NCBI GenBank assembly: GCA_021811535.1
Contig: JAJZOF010000020.1
Span: forward strand, 106,894-170,893
Reading direction: 5' to 3'
DNA from: Candidatus Micrarchaeota archaeon
GTDB taxonomy: Archaea; Micrarchaeota; Micrarchaeia; Micrarchaeales; CABMGC01
DNA: 64,000 bases
The translations under genes were made by a program, and so were the position numbers. Of this stretch, positions 9,017 through 15,933 are shown piece by piece. The notes under the pieces are model-generated. The model made no database searches. It was given only the letters and a program-made list of their open reading frames with translations, and was not told where the DNA came from. Positions within the stretch are counted from its first letter, which is position 1; each line of letters opens with the position of its first letter.

Positions 9017-9494
9017 GCTTGCTGCCCCTTGTGTGGATGCGGCCTGCGAATAGCTTTAGCACCTTCTCGAATTCCTCTGGGGAACCGAAATTCTTGTAGA
9101 CGCTTGCGAACCTTATGTATGCGACTGGATCAAGCTTATACAGCTCGCGTATGACCATGTCGCCTATCTCCCTGCTGCTTATCTCCTTGAGCCCTTTTGA
9201 GCGTATCTTCTTTTCTATCTTTCCTACGGTAGTCTCCATGGTGGCTCTTGTTATGGTGCGCTTCTCGCATGCGCGCATTATTCCGTTAAGTATCTTGCTG
9301 CTATCGAAAGGCTGCCTGGTGCCGTCCTTCTTTATTACAGTTATATCGGCGAGATCCGCCTTCTCGTAGGTGGTGAATCTCCTCTTGCAGTATATGCACT
9401 CCCTTCTTCTTCGTATGCCTTCTCCTCCCTGCACTTCCCTTGAGTCTATGACTTCAGTGTTATCTGATCCGCAATAAAAGCATTTCATCGGCAT
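8991..9494 (-). CDS. nrdR: NrdR-type transcriptional repressor (zinc ribbon plus ATP-cone)
   Basis: MKCFYCGSDNTEVIDSRE...RRRRECIYCKRRFTTYEK is the NrdR zinc ribbon, followed by an ATP-cone. Lies 27 nt downstream of nrdJ on the same strand. Confidence 0.85.
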   Translation of the reverse strand: MPMKCFYCGSDNTEVIDSREVQGGEGIRRRRECIYCKRRFTTYEKADLADITVIKKDGTRQPFDSSKILNGIMRACEKRTITRATMETTVGKIEKKIRSKGLKEISSREIGDMVIRELYKLDPVAYIRFASVYKNFGSPEEFEKVLKLFAGRIHTRGSKPKPRSTST

Positions 9495-9521
9495 TACCGG
9501 CCCTTATAAGGGCACCTGAAC

Positions 9522-11921
9522 TCAGTCGCATTTAGTATATCCGCAGGATTTGCAGATTCCGCAGCCTCCCTCGTTCACGTAAGTCTTCTCCCTGCATGAA
9601 GGGCATTCCATCGGTTTTATTACGTGGTCCTGATGCTTTGGTATCGAGAGCTGATGGCCGTCAAGCTTTATATCGCTGTTTTCTTCTGCAAGCGGCTTTG
9701 CCACCACCAGCTTGGACTGCGCTATCATCATCTCTATGGCCTTTGCTATTGCATCAGGCACGCTATAAACCTTTATGCCGCGATCCCATGATATTGAGCT
9801 GTTTGCCTTTATGCCTTTTATGCTCTCCACTACCTCGTTCACGTCTCCGCCGATCTGAAGGTATTTGCTTATGAGTCTGCCCAGTGCCTCGCAGTAGCTC
9901 TTCTCCTCGCTGCCTGCCTTGCCCATGTTTATGAATACCTCACGTATCTGGTCGCCGTCAAAGTTTGCTGTTACGTAAAGTGATCCGTTTGGTGTGCTTA
10001 TCTTCATGGTCTTTCCGGTGAGTATGTGGTCGCGTTTCCATTCTTCCTTTGCCTTCTGTTCCGGAGTTGCCTGTACTCCTTTCTCTTTCCGGTTCTGCTC
10101 TTCCTCTGTTATCAGTATACCTTCCCTTGAGCCTTCCCTGTATACGGTAATGCCCTTGCATCCTGCCTTCCATGCCTGCATGTATATCTCCCCTACCTGC
10201 TCCGCAGTGGCTTCGCGTGGAAGGTTTACGGTAGAAGATATTGCGCTGTCTATATGCTGCTGGATTACGCCCTGCAGCTTGACCCTGAACTGGGCGTTTA
10301 TCTTGTGCGCTGGGATGAAGAAGTCTGGCAGTGAAGCCTCTTCGGATACCTGCGCGGTCTTCATGTACTCAAGCACAAGAGGATGGTAGACTTTGAAGAA
10401 CTCCTGGCTCAGCGACTCCGACCTGCGCGTATAGCTAAATGCGAATATCGGCTCTATGCCGCTTGATGTGCCTGCTAAGACCGATACGCTGCCAGTAGGC
10501 GGAACGGTAAGTATCGCCACGTTCCTCAGTCCGTGTTTGGCTATGTTGCTCCTTATGTCTTCAGGAAGGGTCTTTATGAACGGCATTGAGAGATGCTTTG
10601 CAGGATCAAAGAGAGGGAATGATCCTTTTTCCTTTGCCACCTCTATGCTCTCATCGTAGGAGAAGAGCTTGATCCTGTTGAACAGGTCATCTACCAGTGC
10701 CAGCGCTCTTTCAGTATCATACTTTATCTTCAGCTTGACCAGCATATCGGCAAGGCCTGTTATTCCAAGCCCTATCCTTCTGCTGCTCCTCGCCGCAGCA
10801 GTCTGCTCTGATAGTGGATGCTTCTGCATGTTGTATTCTAGTACATCGTCAAGGAACCTTACTCCGTATCTTACCGCCTGCTCAAGCCCATTCCAGTCTA
10901 TCGAAGCCGAGTCACTGAATGGATTCTTGACGAATGCGGAGAGGTTGACATTCCCAAGGTCGCATGCGCCATATGGCTGCAGCGGCTGCTCCGAGCAGGG
11001 GTTGGTTGTGATGACTTCCATGCCGTTGTACTCGCTTGGCGAGTATCTCTTTACAGTATCCCAGAATATGAGCCCTGGCTCTGCCCAGTCCCTTGCCGAC
11101 TTTATGAGCTCATTCCAGAGGGTCTTTGCCATTATCTTGCGCTCTATCTTCCCCACAACGCTGTTCTCGAACCTGAGGGTAAATTCACTGTCATTCTCCA
11201 CTGCCCTCATGAATTCGTCGGTTATCTTTACGCTTATGTTTGCGTACCTCACATTGCTGAGGTCCTTCTTTACGTTTATGAAGGCCATGATGTCGGGATG
11301 GTCTACATTTATCGTTATCATAAGAGCTCCGCGCCTGCCGTTCTGCCCTATAGTATGGGTTGTCTCGCTGAATATGTTCATGAATGAGACCGAGCCTGTT
11401 GAGAATATCGCCGAATTGTTTACCGGGGCTTCCCTTGGCCTTAGAATGGATATGTCCGTCCCTACTCCTCCCCCGTAACTGTATGTCCTTGCGGCTTCCT
11501 TGCACCATTGGAATATCGATTCGATGGAATCTTCCTTTATCGGTATGACGTAACAGTTCAGGAGAGTCGTCTTCCTGCCCTGGCCTGCGCCGAAGAGTAT
11601 CCTGCCTCCTGGAAGGAACCTGAAGTCGTAGAGCAGCCACTTGAATTTTTCCTGCCACTCGGTCCTCTTCTCCTCGCTCGGCTCTGCGCTGGCTATCTCG
11701 CGCGCTACCCTGTCCCACATCTCGCTAGGCACTTTCTCCACAGTGAGCCCTGTTTTGTTCTTAAGTGCATATTTCTCGTAAAAGACGCGTGAGCGTATCT
11801 CATCCCCTCCGAAGAAATCGAGGGTCTCCTTTGGAAGCCCTATCCCTTTTCCCTTCTGCTGCTCCTCTATAAACTGTGTTGATTCCTCAGAAACCGCGGC
11901 CGCCTTGTCTTTTTCCACCAT
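9522..11921 (-). CDS. nrdJ: Class II (adenosylcobalamin-dependent) ribonucleotide reductase NrdJ
   Basis: About 800 aa. Motifs NPCSEQPL and TVPPTGS, plus a C-terminal Cys-rich ribbon CPSC...CGICKSCGY. ATG 11921 is preceded by GGTGGT; an alternative GTG is at 11966. Confidence 0.9.
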   Translation of the reverse strand: MVEKDKAAAVSEESTQFIEEQQKGKGIGLPKETLDFFGGDEIRSRVFYEKYALKNKTGLTVEKVPSEMWDRVAREIASAEPSEEKRTEWQEKFKWLLYDFRFLPGGRILFGAGQGRKTTLLNCYVIPIKEDSIESIFQWCKEAARTYSYGGGVGTDISILRPREAPVNNSAIFSTGSVSFMNIFSETTHTIGQNGRRGALMITINVDHPDIMAFINVKKDLSNVRYANISVKITDEFMRAVENDSEFTLRFENSVVGKIERKIMAKTLWNELIKSARDWAEPGLIFWDTVKRYSPSEYNGMEVITTNPCSEQPLQPYGACDLGNVNLSAFVKNPFSDSASIDWNGLEQAVRYGVRFLDDVLEYNMQKHPLSEQTAAARSSRRIGLGITGLADMLVKLKIKYDTERALALVDDLFNRIKLFSYDESIEVAKEKGSFPLFDPAKHLSMPFIKTLPEDIRSNIAKHGLRNVAILTVPPTGSVSVLAGTSSGIEPIFAFSYTRRSESLSQEFFKVYHPLVLEYMKTAQVSEEASLPDFFIPAHKINAQFRVKLQGVIQQHIDSAISSTVNLPREATAEQVGEIYMQAWKAGCKGITVYREGSREGILITEEEQNRKEKGVQATPEQKAKEEWKRDHILTGKTMKISTPNGSLYVTANFDGDQIREVFINMGKAGSEEKSYCEALGRLISKYLQIGGDVNEVVESIKGIKANSSISWDRGIKVYSVPDAIAKAIEMMIAQSKLVVAKPLAEENSDIKLDGHQLSIPKHQDHVIKPMECPSCREKTYVNEGGCGICKSCGYTKCD

Positions 11922-11931
11922 GATACCACCA

Positions 11932-11978
11932 ATACAATATGTTGTGCCTGTACCCTTCAAAGGCACAAAGAGTTGTAT
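11932..11978 (-). promoter_or_regulatory. Two tandem NrdR-box-like palindromes upstream of nrdJ
   Basis: Box 1 at 11932-11947 is atACAAtatgTTGTgc. Box 2 at 11963-11978 is gcACAAagagTTGTat. Both are ACAA-N4-TTGT and start 31 bp apart; TATA-like tttataat is at 11991-11998. Confidence 0.5.
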
Positions 11979-12072
11979 TTTTAGGCAATATTTATAATAC
12001 TATCAGTCCTGCCTTTTACTTTCCTTTGCATGACTTCACATGCACATTTAAACGCTTTGCGCAAGATGCGTC

Positions 12073-12768
12073 TCAGAAGAACTCGTTGATCTTGAGCTGC
12101 CTTATTGCCTGTAGGGTCTTCCACCTGTTGCGAATATACGAAGTGGCCTTCTGATTGTCCATGTTTGCACGTATTGCCGCTATTGTGACCTTGTCTGAAG
12201 GGTACCCGGATCCGAAATCTATGCCGAGCCTGTCTTTTATCTTCTCTATCTCACGGTCCCTTGATACCTTTGCTATTATGCTCGCGCTTGAGGCTACAGG
12301 ATACCTCGAATCGGCTTTGTGCTCTGCTATTACGGTTATGGATGGATTCTTTCCCCTTGGTGAGGGCACACCCTTTATCCTCATCGACTTCTTTGAAAAG
12401 ACGCTGATCCTTATCCCGAATTTATGCGGTATTACATCAGGGGAATCTAGGTATACACGTGCGACGTCCCCGCTAAGCGAATCTATTATTGAAGCGAACT
12501 TAAGTGCCTCAAGCTGGTTCAATGATATCTTTGCAGCCATGGACCTGTTGATCTCCTCGGCATCAATGCTTATGGTCTTTACCTCTTCCGCAAGAGAGTT
12601 TATCTCGTCGAATAGAAATTCCCGTTTCCTTCTTGTGAGGAGCTTGGAGTCCCTTACGCCTATCTCGGCGAGTTTCTTCTCCCGTGCCTTGCTTATGCAA
12701 ACAACACTGACTGTTAGCGGACCTAAGACTGCGCCTCTGCCTGCCTCATCGCCGCCGGCGATGATTAT
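12073..12768 (-). CDS. rnhB: Ribonuclease HII (start codon unresolved)
   Basis: The frame is open from 12777. IIIAGGDEAGRGAVLGP (catalytic motif) is encoded at 12768-12718, but the first ATG/GTG/TTG is at 12540. The 5' limit is set at ATA 12768. Confidence 0.8.
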   Translation of the reverse strand: MIIAGGDEAGRGAVLGPLTVSVVCISKAREKKLAEIGVRDSKLLTRRKREFLFDEINSLAEEVKTISIDAEEINRSMAAKISLNQLEALKFASIIDSLSGDVARVYLDSPDVIPHKFGIRISVFSKKSMRIKGVPSPRGKNPSITVIAEHKADSRYPVASSASIIAKVSRDREIEKIKDRLGIDFGSGYPSDKVTIAAIRANMDNQKATSYIRNRWKTLQAIRQLKINEFF

Positions 12769-12777
12769 GCAATCACC

Positions 12778-13032
12778 TTAGACTACTCCCTTTTTGTCAA
12801 CAACTATGAAATCGTTTACAGCCATTACGCTCTCGTAGGGCACCTGGAGCTTCCCTGATTTTACGTTGAGCTTGTTGACGAACTCGCTGTCTACGTTCGG
12901 CTCTATTATCAGCGCGCTGAGCTTGCCGCTGGACTCGTTGACTTCTGCGTCGACAAACTTGCCCAAGTCAAAGCCATCGCTCGTGACTACTTCCTTGCCT
13001 ACTAATTGTTCTGCTATTACATATTTTACCAT
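12778..13032 (-). CDS. PRC-barrel domain protein
   Basis: 84 aa. LVGKEVVTSDGFDLGKFVDAEVNESSGKLSALIIEP is typical of PRC-barrel proteins. Confidence 0.7.
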   Translation of the reverse strand: MVKYVIAEQLVGKEVVTSDGFDLGKFVDAEVNESSGKLSALIIEPNVDSEFVNKLNVKSGKLQVPYESVMAVNDFIVVDKKGVV

Positions 13033-13110
13033 ACAGACACCATCTACTCGTAAGATTATATTATAACTTAAATTTATATATTTATAGTCAAAATACCATT
13101 ATAGAAGGAT

Positions 13111-13395
13111 TTGATGGGAGACAACATCGGCACGCTTTTTTTCAAGGATAAGCAGGTTAGGCTTCTCCTGATGCTGAACGAAAAGAACAAGGAGTGGTAT
13201 ATATCCGACCTGGCAAAGCAGGCAAACGTGACGTATATACACACCAGCAAGTTCATAAGCAAATGCGAGGACTTCGGGATAGTGGCTGCCGAGAAGCATG
13301 GGAGACTGAAGAGAATCTATCTTACCGAGAAAGGCCGCTCTGTAGCCGCAGGCGTTGCTGATACGCTGAGCAAAGTAGGGATTGCGGCTTATTGA
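13111..13395 (+). CDS. Small winged-helix transcriptional regulator
   Basis: 94 aa. ISDLAKQANVTYIHTSKFISKCEDFGIV...RLKRIYLTEKG is an HTH-plus-wing pattern. Confidence 0.5.
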   Translation: MMGDNIGTLFFKDKQVRLLLMLNEKNKEWYISDLAKQANVTYIHTSKFISKCEDFGIVAAEKHGRLKRIYLTEKGRSVAAGVADTLSKVGIAAY

Positions 13396-13398
13396 CAG

Positions 13399-13809
13399 TC
13401 ATATAGCTTCTATTATGGCTGTTTTCTTTACCGCATTCTCCACGTATGAATAATCCCTGTAGTTGACAAATGCGGTAACCGATATAGTGTATTCGCCTTT
13501 GTCCGTGCCCACGTCGCTGAATATCTCAACTGCGGCGTTCTTTTCCTCGCTCGGGCCAAGCTGGCCGAATCTCAGCTCCTTCCTCTTTGCGAACAGATTG
13601 TTTTCGAAGTTAAGCTGCTTTGGCACCTCTATCAGTATAGATCCCATCACAGGTTCCTTTGAGAGGTTTCTGACTTTTATGCTCATTGTTGTGGAACTCT
13701 TCATGTTAGATTTGAGCTTATACGGAACAAATTCCGTCCTTATAAGATAAGGTGCCTCTCCTTCCTGTGCCTCAGACCCTTTCTTCCCGAAGATACCAAA
13801 GATTCCCAT
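13399..13809 (-). CDS. Hypothetical protein (beta-sandwich-like, N-terminal MGIFGIFGKK amphipathic segment)
   Basis: 136-aa ORF with no antisense competitor of known function. I recognise no family. Confidence 0.45.
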   Translation of the reverse strand: MGIFGIFGKKGSEAQEGEAPYLIRTEFVPYKLKSNMKSSTTMSIKVRNLSKEPVMGSILIEVPKQLNFENNLFAKRKELRFGQLGPSEEKNAAVEIFSDVGTDKGEYTISVTAFVNYRDYSYVENAVKKTAIIEAI

Positions 13810-13993
13810 TCTAAGACCCTAGTCGCCAATATCCACTTTCATTTAAGGTATTAAAATCTTTCATGAACGTGCCATTAATGGGCCGGTTACTGGAATGGTT
13901 CTCTAGTAAGATTAACCGAAGAATGCCAGCCTCATTGATTAGAGGTTTTATTGTTGGTAATTGCAGTGGCATATCCTAGTTTTCATACTTGAA

Positions 13994-14470
13994 TTATTTG
14001 TGTTTCTTAACACCCACCATGTTTTCTCTCTCGATCCTGATTATCTTTCTTATCCTGCGAAGGTGCCTCGCTTCCACTTCTCCTTCGCGCATTGACCATA
14101 TGCGTAGTATCTTTCGCGCAGATGCAGCATCTACAAACCTTGCGCCAAGGCAGAGAACGTTTACGTCTCCGTGCATTGATGCTACTATTGCCGATTCCTC
14201 ATCCCAGCAAACTGAGGCATATACCCCTGGAACCTTGTTTGCGGCCCTGTCCATACCCTGGCCTGAGCCGCAGATCAGGACCCCGCGGCCTTTCCCTCCC
14301 GCGACTTTTTTGCTTACTGCAAGTGCGTAATCAGGGTAATCATCATCCTTATCGTAAGCATGGGGCCCGAGGTCTACTGCCTCGAATCCCATTTTCTTTA
14401 GATATGCGACAATGTGCTTCTTCAGTCCAAAGCCAGCGTGGTCGCTTGCCACGTATATTTTTTCGCCCAT
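13994..14470 (-). CDS. rpiB: Ribose-5-phosphate isomerase B (RpiB/LacAB family)
   Basis: From Met14: MGEKIYVASDHAGFGLK...GVLICGSGQGMDRAANK. Confidence 0.85.
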   Translation of the reverse strand: MGEKIYVASDHAGFGLKKHIVAYLKKMGFEAVDLGPHAYDKDDDYPDYALAVSKKVAGGKGRGVLICGSGQGMDRAANKVPGVYASVCWDEESAIVASMHGDVNVLCLGARFVDAASARKILRIWSMREGEVEARHLRRIRKIIRIERENMVGVKKHK

Positions 14471-14558
14471 GCAATCCACTTCGCAGATGTGCTGCAGCTG
14501 CAATGCCAAAGGTTATAATGCTATAAGGGGCTTATATCCTTTTGTATCAGGTGTTTTT

Positions 14559-15371
14559 TTGAAGGAGACTCAGGAACAGAAAAGGAGGCGACTCCTTGAG
14601 CTTGCAAAGGCGTCAGTAGCCAACACGTACTCGACCGGAGAGCATTCTCTCGTACAGGCGATAAATACTTACAATGAATTGGACAAGGTAAAGAACCTGA
14701 TCCATGAGAAGCTTGAGGAATGGTATGGGATATACTTCCCGGAGCTCCGCTCAGGGAGCATGGCTTCGTACGCCAAGTTTGTAATGGAGTTTGGAAAGGA
14801 GAAGAAGAGCGCTGACAAGGATGGCATCTCCGTGATATTCGGTGCGAAGGAGGGAGAGCGCGTCTTTGAGCAGGCGCAGAAGAGTATAGGCAGGGATCCT
14901 TCAGAAGGCGAGTACGCCATGCTGAGGATGCTTGCCAAGCAGGAGGAAGATATTGAGCACGTCCAGAAGGATCTCGACGCATTCATAAAGGAATCCTGCA
15001 ATGAGAGGATTCCCAACCTTGCTTATTTAGTAGACTACAGGATAGCTGCCGAGCTTCTTGCCAAGGCAGGGTCGTTATCGAAGCTGGCGCTTATGCCTGC
15101 CAGCACCATACAGCTGCTTGGTGCGGAGAAGGCCCTCTTCAAGCATATAAAGTTTGGGAAGAAGCCGCCTAAATATGGCATACTGTTCAAGATGCCTGAG
15201 ATAACAAATGGTAAGCGCGAGTCAAGGGGGAGGATAGCCAGGCTATATGCAACCAAGATAAGTATAGCTGCAAGGGCAGATGCATTCACCAGGAGGTTCA
15301 TAGCCAAGGAGCTTAAAGAAGACATAAATAGAAGGCTTAAGGAGATAGACAGCAGGAAAGGGAGGAGATGA
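14559..15371 (+). CDS. Nop5/Nop56-58-family protein lacking the N-terminal (fibrillarin-binding) domain
   Basis: EEWYGIYFPEL, LLGAEKALFKH...PKYGILF and RGRIARLYATKISIAARAD form the Nop domain. Start set at TTG 14559, because ATGs further upstream overlap the divergent rpiB. Confidence 0.7.
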   Translation: MKETQEQKRRRLLELAKASVANTYSTGEHSLVQAINTYNELDKVKNLIHEKLEEWYGIYFPELRSGSMASYAKFVMEFGKEKKSADKDGISVIFGAKEGERVFEQAQKSIGRDPSEGEYAMLRMLAKQEEDIEHVQKDLDAFIKESCNERIPNLAYLVDYRIAAELLAKAGSLSKLALMPASTIQLLGAEKALFKHIKFGKKPPKYGILFKMPEITNGKRESRGRIARLYATKISIAARADAFTRRFIAKELKEDINRRLKEIDSRKGRR

Positions 15372-15838
15372 CTTTGCGGCGATGCACGCGACTGCAGAGC
15401 GCTATGGAATACCTGATGACGTACGGATGGGCGATACTCCTTGTTGCGATAGCTCTTGGGGCTCTGTGGGAACTAGGATTTTTTGGAAATTCAGCGTCAC
15501 CTGTTTATTGCGACGGCGCTTCCGGATTCGGATGCTCAAATGTGCAGTTATACTCCAATGGTACGATGACGCTGAGCATCATTTATTTTGGAAGCGGCAT
15601 ACTCAATGTTACCGGCTTTTCGTGCACGGAAAGCCCGGTGAAGCCTTATCCTGTGGTGGATACCAATCTGGAGCTGGTTGATGGAAAGTATTACAATGAG
15701 GCTTTTGCATGCCCGATAAGCAATGGCTATGTCGGGGAGCCGTTTTCCGGATACTTATGGGTAACCTATTCTGAAGGAGGCACCACCGGCCTGGTAGAAC
15801 AGTTTGCCACTGTGAGCACAAAGGTTGTTCCGAAATAA
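15368..15838 (+). CDS. Class III signal peptide (pilin-like) protein
   Basis: MTLRRCTRLQSAMEYLMTYGWAILLVAIALGAL. The ATG overlaps the Nop5-like stop (ATGA). Confidence 0.75.
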   Translation: MTLRRCTRLQSAMEYLMTYGWAILLVAIALGALWELGFFGNSASPVYCDGASGFGCSNVQLYSNGTMTLSIIYFGSGILNVTGFSCTESPVKPYPVVDTNLELVDGKYYNEAFACPISNGYVGEPFSGYLWVTYSEGGTTGLVEQFATVSTKVVPK

Positions 15839-15933
15839 AACTCTCTTGCGTGACCATATTTATGGAAAAATTTAATCAAGGTTTATATATCTTTAGAATA
15901 GATAAAACAGAGTAATAGTATTTGGTTGGTATC

